A stretch of 64,000 bases of DNA from Camelus ferus (Eukaryota), in assembly GCF_009834535.1 (NCBI RefSeq), contig NC_045696.1, positions 42,410,001 through 42,474,000 of the forward strand, given 5' to 3'. Positions within the stretch are counted from its first letter, which is position 1. The number at the start of each line of letters is the position of its first letter. This document shows, piece after piece, positions 33,882-46,674 of this stretch. The translations under genes and the position numbers were made by a program. Under the pieces are notes generated by a model, which made no database searches, was not told the origin of the DNA, and saw only the letters and a program-made list of their open reading frames with translations.

Positions 33882-35145
33882 GCTGTTTGCTGTATATAAA
33901 ATGTATAAAATGTTAACAAGTTATCACTGAGCCTTATTCCTTTACTCTGTCTTTGCAGTGTTTGAGATAATGATGTAAATGATGTAGGAAAAAAAAAACT
34001 GAAAACCATACCTGCTAATCCCAAACTCCTAATTTATCCCTCCCCTAACTCCTTTCCCCTTTAGTAACCATAGGTTTATTTTCTATGTCTGTGAGTCTGG
34101 TTCTGTTTTGTAAATCAGTTCATTTGTATCATATTTTCATTTCCATATGTAAGTGATACCGTATGGCATTTGTCTCTCTCTTTCTGGCTTACTTCACTTA
34201 GTATGATAATCTCTAGGTCCTTGATATGCTACATTTTGCATGCTGATTACCACAGTAAGGCTAGTTAGTGCATCCGTCACCTCACATAGTTACTTTTTTT
34301 TTTTTCTGGTAGGTACTTTGAAGATCTACTCCCTTAGCAACTTTCAAGTGTACAATACAGTATTGTTAACTATAGTCACCAGGCTGTAAATTGCTTCCTC
34401 AGAATTTATTCATCTTATAACTGAAAATTTGTACCTTTGAACACCTTTCCCTATTTCCCCCATTCTCCTGCCTCAGGCAACCACCAATCTACTCTGTTTT
34501 GGTGACTTTGCTTTTTTTATATTCTACATATAAATGAGATCATATGGTATTTATCATTCTCTGTCTGACTTATTTTACTTAATGCAATGCCCTCTAAGTT
34601 CATCCATGCTATTGCAAATGGCAGGATTTCCTTCTTTTTTATGGCTGAATAATATTCCAGTGTGTGTATGTATGTGATATGTCTATATTTCATAGTTCCT
34701 TTTCTTTATCCATTCATCCACTGGTGGACACTTAGGTTGTTTCGTTGTCTTGGCTATCATAAATAATGCTGTGATGAACACTGAGGTGCATGTATCTTTT
34801 CAAATGACTGTTTTTGTTTTCCTTGGGTAAATACCCAGAAGTGAAATTGCTGTGTCACATAGTAGTTGTATTTTTAATTTTTTCAGGAACCTCCGTACTG
34901 TTTTCAATAGTGGCTACACCAATTTACATCCCCACCAACAGTGCATAAGAGTTCCCATTTCTCTACATCCTCGCTAGTACTTGTCAGCTCTGGTTTTTTT
35001 GATAATAGACATTCTAACAGCTGTGAGGTTATATATCACTGTGGTTTTGATTTGCATTTTCCTGATGATTAGTGATATTGGTCATCTTTACATGTACCTA
35101 TTAGCCATCTGTATATCTTTTTTGAAGAAATATCTATTTAGGTTC
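33528..35145 (-). mobile_element. L1 (L1MA-like) 3' part, interrupted by a younger L1 at 33623-34220
   Basis: 'cagctttactgagatataatttacatataacactgtgtaagtttaaggtgtaca' continues at 34221 as 'gattaccacagtaagg...catccgtcacctcacatagttac', then runs into reversed ORF2 'gtggttttgatttgcattttcctgatgattagtgat'. Confidence 0.9.
33623..34220 (-). mobile_element. Younger lineage-specific L1 3' end nested in L1, carrying an internal foreign insert and (TG)n(TA)n tract
   Basis: 'attgaagtatagttgatttataatgtgtgagtttcaggtgtacaccaaagtgattca', 'ctaatcccaaactcctaatttatccctccc', 'ttcacttagtatgataatctctaggtcc'. Degenerate TSD ttgatatacatac (33610-33622) / ttgatatgctac (34221-34232). Confidence 0.9.
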
Positions 35146-35434
35146 ATTGTGACTGGAACTCTTTCTAAGAAAATGTGCCTTTCATCAGAAATACGGCTTT
35201 CTTCATTTCCTGACTGACATAGGTCAGTACATACATTGTGTCCCACTTGAGGTCATCACTTTCTCATTAAGGGTGATTGAGAAGTTCATCTAATATCTTG
35301 ATAAAATATAACTTTGATAGTCAGCTTGATTTTTAGCCTACTTGGTCTATCTGTATGAGGATTTTTAAAAGTAAAAGAAAAGTTTTAAACTTAAAAACTA
35401 ACTCAAGCTACCCAGGAAAAACAATTCTATCTTA

Positions 35435-35772
35435 CAGCTGTCCCTTGGTAACCATGGGGGATTGGTTCCAGGAGCTGCCTTGGTTACCAAAATCTGCGGA
35501 TGTTCAAGTTCTATACATCAAATGGCACAGTATTTACATATAACCTACACACAGTCTTTACATATAACCTACGCACAGTCTCCTGTATACTTTAAATCAT
35601 CTCTAGATTACTTACAATACTAGTACAATGTAAATGTTACGTAAATAGTTGCTGGCATGCAGCAGATTAAAAGTTTTACTTTTTTGAACTTTCTGAATTT
35701 TTTTCAAATATTTTAAATTCAAGGTTGGTTGAATTCACAGATGCAGAATCCATGGATACAAAATGTTGACTG
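35435..35772. mobile_element. MER2B-like TcMar-Tigger MITE with TA TSDs
   Basis: TA|cagctgtcccttggtaaccatgggggattggttccagga ... gaatccatggatacaaatgttgactg|TA, with an internal 24-bp tandem duplication at 35533-35580. Confidence 0.9.
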
Positions 35773-37879
35773 TACCCAGAACACCATGCGTAGACAATCC
35801 ATCAGCAAAATCCAATATACCAAACCTGAAGTCAAGAAGGCTGTGAACAGGAGAGTAGAGTTAGTGGAATGTCACTGGTTTGACTTTTTCTTTTACTGGT
35901 AGATACTCTGCAAAACTTAATCACAGAAAAGGATTTTACAAAAGCCTTGTATAAAGTATTTTTAGGATTGTTTGGTCACAATTTTCAAAATGACCACTTC
36001 CAAAATACAATTTTTTTTTTGTTTCAGCCTTGCTGAAACTCATGTTTGTGATAGACGTTTGTAAATTACTTGTATTCTGTAATGCATATTTCTAGCTTGT
36101 ACAGATGAGAATCTTGCCTCTTAAAAATTCATCAGGAAATTACAAACATTTATAACCATTTTATTATCACGGAAGACATTGCTGCAAGTCTCATTAGTTA
36201 TGTCCTTCAGGGAATTTCCTTCTGAAAAACTTCAGTGAAAATATTCTTACTTAGGGAGTTCCCATTCTTCTTTAGTGGTCAGAAGGGATTCTGAACTAAA
36301 TCTGATTGTTAAACTGAAGATCAGGATAGATCATATAATTTATATTGATGAGTCTGGTGTTTTGCATAGTTTGTAAACTTGCTCTGAAATTTTTTCCAAA
36401 ATCAATTCTAATAAAGATTTGAGTAACAACCACCTTTATCAGAATAAGTAGTTAGTTCTCAAATGTATGAACTTTTTTGAAGGAGAGTGCACTGGGAACC
36501 ATGTTTTAGTGTGTCTGTTAAAAATTCACTTACTTAAAAATCACTCAGCTTAGCAGGAGACAAAAAGCTAGGCAGGGATTGAGCTAAGGCATGTCTAATT
36601 TTTAACTTTCAAGCTTCCCTCAGCCTGGAAGTTATCTCTTGCTCAAGGATGGAGTCTATCTCCTGGATTAATTTAAATCACCCTGGAGACAAATATTAGA
36701 AAACAGTATCTTTTGTGCTTATAGTTACTAAACCACAACCCCAATTAAAAGTAGTATTATCAGTGTGCCAAAAATGATGCAGGATGGGGAATTGCTTCAT
36801 GACAGTAAAGCTTATATTCTGTAAAAATGACACAAAGCACTTTTTACTTCCCAGGAAAGGAAGTAAGGTATATTCTCCGTTGAACATAAGCAAGAAAAAT
36901 ATTGCTGCTTCCAAACTCTAAGTAGGAATTGAAACACTTTAATAATACATTTTGAAAACGTTTACCCATTAAAAAAATTCTAAAGTGCTTTTTAAAGAGC
37001 AGTAGAATTAAAATATCCTAAACCACATAAATTGAGGCATAACAACAGCGTTAAAGTAACAGACACAAATTGGTATTTCTGTGGGGATAAACTAATGCCT
37101 GTTTTGCAGAAAGTCTAGAAATGCTCAGACTCTTCACCCAAATGCACTGGGTTTCAGAGGAGGAAGTTTCACATGACCTCTGGGAACCAGTGCCCTTTGT
37201 CACCCCCGGTACCTGCTGTGGGTGCCCTGCTCAGCGCTGGCTTGCCGTGGAGGGGGTCCTGTGGGCTCTAGAACCAAAAGCTGCCCCTGGACCAGTCAAG
37301 CCTGCAAAGGGTCCCTCTGCTGCCCGCAGTGCCCACCCGTGTCTTAGGGGGATCCGCTGACATTGATGTTGCTGACACTTTGAACTTGCTCATGGAGATC
37401 CAACTAGGGGGAGAAGATTTACTTTTTACTCCCTCTTCTAGTTTATCCCATTCTAAGCCTGGAGAAAGAGCCCAGGAGCTGACTGAATAGGCATTTGAGG
37501 GAGATTTTTGCAGTGCTCAGCATCTCTTCACCATCCTCACTCTGGCCCTGTAGCCTTGCACCAGATTTGTGGGCCCAGCTCTCTTACTTCTAATGATGAG
37601 TTACTTTTCCCCGCTGAAAGTGGCTCTCAGCCCCCTAGGCAAATAGCCCTTGGCTGTTGTGTGCCACTAGTTATCCAGAGCAGATCTTCCCAGTTGTATG
37701 GTGGGTAAAACTTGCCTTACCCTGCACATACTGAGGCCCCCTGATACAAGGGTTCTGTTAATGAGCTAGCTCTCTACTTACCAGGGCTTCGTAGCATCGA
37801 GGCAGTCACTATCTTTTGTGAATTTTGCCTTAACTACTTAAGGATATGTCAGAGAAATTGTAATAAAAATCATAAGAAC

Positions 37880-38110
37880 TGTTATAACAGCAAATTTCTA
37901 ACATTTATTAAGTCCTACCATGTGCCACACAGTGTCCTACATCGTATTTTATGTTGATTAGCTCATTTAATCTTTAAGGTAGGTAAGACAATAACGCTTT
38001 AAGATAAGTGCAAGTTATTCCTCCCATTTTATTGTGAGAACATGGGCACGTAGAAGTCAAGTAACTTGCCAGAGGTCACTAACCACTGGATTCAGACTCT
38101 CAGTGTCTGA
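37880..38110 (-). mobile_element. MIR SINE
   Basis: 'taacatttattaagtcctaccatgtgccacacagtg', 'agtcaagtaacttgccagaggtcac'. Confidence 0.8.
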
Positions 38111-38254
38111 TGACTAGCAAGAAAGGAGAAGAAAGAGGAGTGAAATTTTGCCTTCATTATATTTTGTTCTCTATTACTAGTTTCAAAAGTGATTGAGTGG
38201 AATTAAAGAATATTTCTCTGGCATTTAGTGGTAACCCCCACCAGAGCAGAGGCC

Positions 38255-38350
38255 ATGCCTGCTTGCTTCTCCACAGGGTCTTTGGCATGTAGCCTGTGCC
38301 TAGTACAAAATAGACACTCAATAAACCTTCATAGGACAAATGATTGAATG
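38255..38350 (+). mobile_element. L2 3' end
   Basis: 'gcatgtagcctgtgcctagtacaaaatagacactcaataaac...aaatgattgaatga'. Confidence 0.7.
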
Positions 38351-40373
38351 ATCTAAAAAAAACTTTCAGTTGCTTTTTCTTATTCTCCATTTTTTCCCTT
38401 GTCTTTCTCATTTCTGTGCTTGTTTAAATCTGCACAAAAGATTTACTGAACAGTGTCTGGATTAGTGGATTGATGACACTCCTTGTCAATAATTACATAG
38501 CTTTTTGTTGGCTGTAATTGCTAACAGAAGAATTGGGGCTGGTTTGGGGGTTGAATCAATGAAGAGGATGTTCTCCTTACCAGGATACCATCAACAAGGC
38601 TTCTCTGAGATATGTAATGAGAAGCATACTGAAACACAGAGTCCATATCTAGATGGGTGAGTGCAGCTTTCATTGCTTATTTCTTTGAGATCTTTTATTG
38701 TATACTACTTTTTTCATTACTTCTGGCGATAAGAATAATTTCAAAAAAATAATCTCTGATAGTGTGTGCAAGCTGACAACACTGATAGTAGAGCTGTGTA
38801 AGTTTTAGGTAATGTGTTCTATAAATTGGATTAAAAGCTTTCTAATGAGTAATAAAAATGGAGGCTGTGCAAGTGTGTGGCTCGTGAACCAGACCATGGC
38901 TGCATGGAGGGAACTGTATTTTAGTTCTGGTCTTTGTAGTTGCTAAAAGATTTTTTGATTATTAATCCTTCAACTCCTCATATTTTCACACCTTTTGGCC
39001 ATCTTTGACTTCTTGGTTCTGAGACATCATGTATTAGAGGAATAATGCAATAGCCTCATTTCACATAATGCTTTCTTTTAAACTCTTTGGTAGAGTCCTG
39101 GAATTTAAAAACATCCATTCATAAATTATTATTATGATTGAACCTTGACCAATTCACTTGAACTTAGTGTGGCCCCCTTCTTTATTTGCAAATGAATGGG
39201 TCCTTCCTTATACAGTACTTTAAAGATATATAATTGCTTTGCATATAGGAAAAACTGATCACAAGTTTTAAAAATGTTTAAAAATAGATGAAAAATCCAG
39301 GATGCAAACAGGGACTTGCTTATGCTGAATAAAGCAGAAGAACGTATTTTTGTCTGTCAGTTTTACTAGTTTAAGTAAAGCCTATTTAATTATAAAAACC
39401 TATTTAATCAATGATGGAGTCATTTCATTTTAGTGAGTGTCTAATTGTAGGGAAGCTCTGAAGCACAATCATGACCTTCTTCTGTTGTGCTCAGCTCAAG
39501 ACTGCCTTTAATGAAATGTGATGATGGATCAGTTCCCACGATTAAAGCACTTTAATAAATAAATAAGTAGCTGGATGAATTTACCAGATGGGGGGGAAGG
39601 AGCAAATGGAGCTGTAAATCCTATAAGAATAGTTTTATCGTTTTAAAAAACGTTTATGGATTATTTAAATTGTTCTTCTCTAATTACAATAGTTTATAAC
39701 GTTTCATTTTGTTTAATAGCATTTGCTTTGATGGTATCATTTCATAGTTAGCAAGTTGCTCTAATATCTACCTTACAGTATCTTTCCAATAATGTGAAAG
39801 ATAATTGAAGCTATGTGAATGTGGTTTCCTTTTTTCCCCAGAAACAGACCATAATAGTCAGAATCTGGAGAAGTTTCATTTGTAGAAAATTTATATTTTA
39901 CAGTCCCTTACCCACTTATAATATTTCAGATTTTTAAATTTACAGTTTAATTTTGCACAGTCACCCATTCTGATTGCCCCTTCACAAATTTTAATATTCC
40001 TGATTCAGTTTTGACAGTACAGAGATAGAGCGATTAATTTTCCTATTTTTGTTCTTTTTAGGTAGATCTACCACATTGTAAAGAAAATTTAAAAAGATTT
40101 TAGTCTTCTTGTATGACTGGAATTTAGGGGAACTTTGATCTTGCCTCATTCTCTACTTTTCCAGCTCTGATTTTAGAAGGTTTAGGTGGGGAGGACCCTC
40201 ACCTTATCTCTGCATTGCATGGTCACCTGGACCTTATGCAGTTTTCCTAGTTGATAGACAAGTGAACTAAAATGCCATTGTAGCAGGAGTCAAGCAGGGG
40301 CTCACTACCAGTGGTGTGAATGTTTTGCTTTTCCTGTACCTTGTCTTGCTCATGCATCTTTTAGAGTTTAGGG

Positions 40374-40402
40374 GTGTGTGTGTATGTGGGTGGGTGTGTA
40401 TA

Positions 40403-40436
<34 letters not shown>

Positions 40437-40450
40437 GGAGAGAGAGAGAG
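40374..40450. repeat. Compound (TG)n(AG)n microsatellite
   Basis: Imperfect TG run followed by an AG run. Confidence 0.95.
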
Positions 40451-40547
40451 GAATACTTATCTACTCTAATAATACCATAATCACAACCAGGTAAGACATC
40501 CTTCATCAATTCTTTGACAGTAACTGCAATTCGTGTGGAAAGGAAAA

Positions 40548-40782
40548 TGGTGCTGTGGTACAATAGGAAAAATACGGGCTTTGTAGTAAGAAACATCTAG
40601 GTTTAAATTCCAGCTTTGGAGTCAGAGATAATTAGCTCTAATTTGCTGTGTGAATTCATTAAACCCATCTGGATCTGTTTTCTCATCTGTAAAATGGGAA
40701 TGACAATACAAACCTCATAGGGTTACTGTGAATATTAAGTAATATGAAAACTGTGTGCAGCCTTACATGTTTTCAATAAATG
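40548..40782 (+). mobile_element. MIR SINE
   Basis: 'ctgttttctcatctgtaaaatgggaatgacaatacaaacctcatagggttactgtgaatattaag'. Confidence 0.85.
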
Positions 40783-42468
40783 TGTGTTCTCTTCTGCTCC
40801 TTGGTACTCTAGTGAGGTGGCTTACCACAAAACACAAAAATATTTTGAAGCAGAGCTATTAAAATACAAATACTGAAAAAGAGAGTAAAACAATTAGCTA
40901 AATAAACACCTAATGTTGCTTACTGTGACTAATTGTAGTACTTAGCTCTCAGATTCTTGATGGACAAGATAAACATAGTAGAGGTTATACTATTGTCAAT
41001 ATTTGAGGAAAGCAAATAAAACTCACCAACCCTTTTCTGTACTAATGTTTTTAATATTAAATATTAAGTATCTTTACTCTTATTCTGTATCTCAGATTTC
41101 TTTAAAATTTTAATTAAAAGGTAATTGCAAATTCAACAGAGAAGAGAGAGCATCATCAAAGGACAGATGGGTATTTTTCTGCTATCAGTATGGTCAGCTC
41201 TTTCTTATCCAATAAAGGGAGTCTTGCTGGAACACTTGTTGCAAGTTTTGAACTGGAAATTATTCTATATTAGAAATAATGAAGAAAGAAAAGCTGACTG
41301 AATGAAGGACTCGAGAGATGATGGTTGCTACATGTATTCTTTTAGCTCTGTGAATGCAGGGGCATGAATTGGTGCTTTCTTGTCTCAGTTTCTTAATTAG
41401 TGACTGCATCCCTGTTGGCCTTTCTCAACAGTCCTCAAAATTGTTCAGTTATTTTCTTGCTGATCCTATGCCAATGCCCTATCAGTACTATCCCTCTCCC
41501 CAACACACACACAAACACACACGCACACTTCTTCTCCCAAAAGTCCATAGTTCTCATTAGTTAAGAAGCCTTCCTCACTTGAAAAAAAGTGTGAAGACTT
41601 TCAATTCTTTTTAAAGCACTCATTACTTTATACTTTTAATGTAAAGCAAATGTTTAATGTTCCCAAATTCCTGACAGATATTAATCTTTGAGATTTGCCA
41701 ATGAGAAAATTGGAATTCTGGGGAATTCTACAAATCATAAATGATTCTTAAAATATTTCCAACATTCTTCATAGTCTTTATGAATTTCTAAGCAAATCAT
41801 TACAGATACAAATAAAATATTAAGTTTAGTAGCATTTACAAAGCACTGTAGCCCAGAGTGCATAGTCAAACACTGGTAAATACCAGAAAAGAATACTGGA
41901 TTATGTTCAGATAATGTTAATCCTGGCAAAGTTAATATCACTCACTACACAGGATCATGTGCCAAAATTGCCAGTGTAAGGACTTATTTTGCTTCTTAAA
42001 CTTGTTATTTCTTAGGACATTATTCTTGGGATATATTTAAATAATACTATTCATATAAATTGATTAATATTCATTTTATTTGCAAGCATGATTTATTGTT
42101 AACAGCAAACAGGGCTATGAACACACACTTATAACATGGCCATAGCCACAAACAATATTGCCTGATTAGATCATGAAATTTCTTTCCTTCTGTTCCTGTT
42201 CAGTTCTCAGAAATGTCGACCTCAGCTTCTGAGTCTCTTGTCACTGTTTCCTGCTCCCATTCTGGACTTGACTCGTAGACTCCTTTGAACCAGAGGTGTC
42301 TCTATGGTAATTGTTACATTTTAGTTCTTACAGAAGAATTATCGTACATCTTCCCATTTTCTCCATTTCTTGACTGATTTTTCTCTTGCTTCCAAAGAAA
42401 CATAAATTAAACCAGAAATGCTGGGAAGGGATTCCTTATGGAGAAAGAAATAGCCCCTCTTTTTAGGC

Positions 42469-42627
42469 CAGTGGGTTCTCAACTTTGGTGACCCTTTAAA
42501 TTCACTCGGATGCTATTTTTGAAATCTCTGTGCCTGGGTGGTGGATCCCAGGGATTTGGTTTAATAGGGTATATATATTTTTTTTCAAATACTGCCAATT
42601 CTGTTGTATCCAAATTTGAGAACTTCT
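42469..42627. mobile_element. MER5-family hAT-Charlie MITE
   Basis: 'cagtgggttctcaactttgg...cccagggatttggtttaatagg...tttgagaacttct'. Confidence 0.65.
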
Positions 42628-42929
42628 CCTCAAGGAACTACCCAATGAGTTACTCCTCATTCTATAATTCTGTTGATACACTTGTATTTCTCATTCTTTC
42701 ATTGTAGGTATTTCTTTAAAAAATAAATAAATTTATTTAAAAATAAATTTTTATAATCTCTGAAATAGTTTGTAAAGTTCTTGAAGAAAAATACATTTAT
42801 GTTGGAAACTTATTTTAGATCAGCAGTTTCAGGACCTAAGATGTTGTTTGTGTCATCCTAGACACTTTAGAAATAAATTGGATAAAATGGTAGTTATACC
42901 AAATTAATCTTATATTTTTTAGTTATTAA

Positions 42930-45300
42930 AGAAATTATGTCTATTTAAAAATAAAGTTACACAGAATTATTTATAATGAAAGCAAAACTTAGTCTCCTCC
43001 AGAAGTATTCTTTTTTAATTCTTTCAGCTGTTTGTCCAAGTTGTCATCTTAGCATTTCTAAATAATATGATTACACTGTTATTTCTTGATAAATTATTTT
43101 TTGACATCCTCTATTTATTTTCTGCCATGAGAGCAAGGATTTAGCTCCTCCAATATTTCCTCCATCCTTCCGTTGAATTAAATTATTATTTTTCAATTTT
43201 CTACTGGCTACTTTTCTAATTTTAATTTATGTATTTGCATCATTTTTTCTTGCACATTATCTGTGAGCTGAATCTCTTGACACCTCGCTTTATGCGAATA
43301 TTAGCACCAATGCCCACCTCTCTACATCTCCCAACTTCTGACATCATCAAAGTTGTTGAAAACATATCCTATTTTGTAACCTATCTGTTTTCTTTTTGCC
43401 TGTAGATTAATTTAAAATTTTGATAGCTAGAATATGTTTTCACATTATTCTGACTTTATAAGAATAGTATATGGAAAAGTGGGTCAGTCTTCTGTACATC
43501 AAAATGCCCTGCTCTCATTTTTCGCTGTTTTCTTTTGTATCTTGTTCATCATTTAAAAAAAATTTAAGACCCGAAATCTTACCCTTGTTTGGGGTTTGGA
43601 AATCTTGCTTGAAAACTGTTTTGTTAGATATTCTTTCTTGGCCCCCTTTCTCAGACATCACCTCCTCAATTACCAGCTGGTTTTCCTACTCTTAACAACC
43701 TTGACTCAAAGCTGTAATCCTGGCACTTGCATCTGGGTTTAGAATTATGTTCTGTCATATTTTGAAGGTATTAGTGTGTCATTTTCTAGCATGCGGTATT
43801 GATGATAAATCTTCTGCTGGTCATTTTCTTTTATTTATAGGTAAATTTTAATCCTCCCTGAAGCTTTTTGAATTTTCTCTTTATCTTTGGCACTTCAAAA
43901 TTTCACAATAAAATGTTAGATATGGATATATTTCCATTCATTATGTCGAGCACTTAGTCTGCTGTGTTCACCCTGAAATCATGTCCTTCAGTTCTGAGAA
44001 AGTCTCACTCATTTTTTCCCTTTGATGATTTTCTTATCTCTGTCCACTCTGGTTTGAGCATCTGAAATCTAGCTGATTAGATGTTCGAATTCTTGGATGA
44101 TACATTGATATACACTTGATATCTTTTATATTTTCTAATTTTCTGTCTTCTTTTTCTACTTTTTTTGGTAATATTTAAAATTTTTTATCTTTTAATGATT
44201 TTTATTAACTTTTATAAGCTATTTGTTTTTAAATTTCAAAAGATATTATTGGATTCCTCCCCTTAACAGTGTATCTATCTATCAGCCTTCATGTTTATCT
44301 ACCTACCTATCATCTTTATTTCTATATGTACCGATTCATTTTTGAGGATGTTATTTCTATTATTTTAATGTTCTCTTCTATTCCCTAAATTATGTTAGTT
44401 TTCTCTAGAATAACCTTTTCCTGTTTAACATGAGTTTCTTTATTTCATGTTGCAGGCTTGTCTCAAAGGTCTTGTTATGCTTTGCTGCCTAATCATATTT
44501 AAAAATAAAACAATATAAAGTACATCATGGTTCAGTGCACAGTTGGGGCTTCTGATAGGCTTATTTTATTTTAGAGCGATTGGGCAGGTATGTGACTGAT
44601 ACAACTATTTACAAATATCAGAAATTGAGACTTTTTTTTTTCTGAGGTTCAAGAAATCCTTTAAAGAAGAGAATTGATTTTTTTGTCCAAGCAATAGCTT
44701 TCTGGGTGCCAGATGACGATAAAACGAGGTGGTAGCTTGACTTAAAAAAAAATTTTTTTTTTTGCAGTATAGTCAGTTTACAATGTTGCATCAATTTCTG
44801 GTGTACAGCATAGTGTTTTAGTTTCATACATACATATGCATATATTCCTTTTCATATTCTTCTTCATTATAGACTACTACAAGATATTGCATATAGTTCC
44901 CTGTGCTATACAGTAGAAACTTGTTGTTGGGAACTTGACTTTTAATTAGTGTTCATGTTTTTACCTCCAAGTCTTACTCTTGTCTTGGGGTTTGAAATCC
45001 CAGTCTCTACCCTCAGCTCTCTTTTCAAGCTTACTTTCTTGGGCAGTGGCTCCTTTTCCCCATCATTTTTGTTGTACTCTCTTCCCTTTGTGATTCTTTC
45101 CTTGTGGACATAGGCTGCCCACTCAAATGCCCAAATGGCCCAGGCAGGTACTTAGGTAAAGGAGGAAGACTGGTCCCTAAAAAGGGATTTTATGTGCCCT
45201 GGAAAGGAGAGATTGCTGCTACTCCATTTCAGTTATTTTATTTTATTTTATTTTATTTCTTTACAATTAACTTAGTGAATTTTCCAGAGACAAAAATGAT
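42930..45300 (-). mobile_element. HAL1-like degenerate copy
   Basis: HAL1-type 3' end 'ttaattctttcagctgttt...catttctaaataatatg...aggatttagctc', followed by reversed ORF1 'ttctctttatctttggcacttcaaaatttcacaata...atgtccttcagttctgagaa'. Confidence 0.6.
44744..44927 (-). mobile_element. Short lineage-specific L1 3' end with TSD, nested in HAL1
   Basis: 'ttgcagtatagtcagtttacaatgttgcatcaatttctggtgtacagcatag...tagttccctgtgctatacagtagaaacttgttg'. TSD tggtagcttgactt (44730-44743) / tgggaacttgactt (44928-44941). Confidence 0.88.
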
Positions 45301-46092
45301 GCACACATCTTGACTCAGGGGTTCTAGGTTCTAAACTCTAAAAGAAATTTATTATTTCTTAATGGGGGTCTTTAGGTCCTATTACTGTCCGTCAGACTCC
45401 TCCAAACTACCTTAAATGAATGCAAGTTCTAGGTTAAACCATGTCCTTGTCATGTACAAACAACCTCAAGCCACATCAAAAAGCAAACAAATCTTTCTTA
45501 CTCGAAAAGTTTCAGTGTAGAAGGCTCTGAATAATCTAAAAGGCAGTAATTTTACTTTGATTTTATGGTACAACGGCAGCATGCTTCATGTTTCTTTCTC
45601 GTTTGGCCCTAGGTATAAATTTAGGGCTGAATATTGAGACATAGCTCAGGGAAGGTGATTCTGCGTGGGTCTGGGTTAATGTGGTCCATTTATATAGCTT
45701 TCTGGTTCTATAACTTGATCCAAAGATAGGACCTAGTTTAATGTATTAACTGAGAATCAGATGGATGGCATATTCTTTGGTGGTGGTCACTTTTAATAGC
45801 ATTTTTCTTGCCAGGTCTTTAGATAATACAACAGAAAGTTAATGATTGTATTCTCAGACAGGATCTTGAATGTCATGGTTTTCTAATGTTGACTGAAGCA
45901 AGAATTATTCAGAATTATTTGCACTATGTGATGATGGTAGCATTGATGGCATATTGGATATTGAAAAAGTGTAAAAGCAATTTGGACTTGAGGAAGGCCT
46001 CTGAAGGAATGCTTATAAATCAGGCAAAAAGGATATATAATTTGTCACACACTTGTTATATTGGCAAGTTTATCAGTTTTCAGAGTTAATGC

Positions 46093-46674
46093 TGAAGGGT
46101 GGCAGAATATGCTAGCCCAAAATATGACCACAGAAGTTCAGGACATGCCTCCCCCAAATATTCTGCTTTGGTATATTGATTATTTTGAGTTGTAGGTACT
46201 TAAAAAACAGCAAATTCAGGGAAAAGCTTTTTCTGATTTCCCCTTACTTGCTCAAAGACAGATTCTCTAAAAGGAACTCAATCCCCTTCTGGGGGTGGGA
46301 CGATTTCATCATTCAGGGAGGATTGACTCATCACAGAAGAAGAGACTAGAGGCTGACACCACACCCAGACAAACTTTGTCATACCCCTAATCTGTTCTGC
46401 TAAGGGCCCATTCATCTTTGTTAAGCATCATTCACTGTCCCCTCAGAGGCCTGCGTCTCCCCTCTTTTTCACCTGTTAAGATGGTATTTAAGCCTGAATT
46501 CTGAGCCACCTCTAGGAGTTATTTATATTTTTCCTCTGGGGGATCTCCTATGTATTCATGAGTTATAAATGTTAATCAGCTTGTTTGTTTTTCTCTTTTT
46601 CATTGGTCTTTTGTTATAGGGGTTCCACTGAGAACTTAGAAGGGTAGTAGAAAGATTATTTTTCCTCCCCTGCA
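46093..46674 (+). mobile_element. MER34-family ERV1 solo LTR with 4-bp TSD
   Basis: ATGC|tgaagggtggcagaatatgctagcccaaaatatg ... agaaagattatttttcctcccctgca|ATGC, with a TATA-like 'tatttaa' near 46485. Confidence 0.88.
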
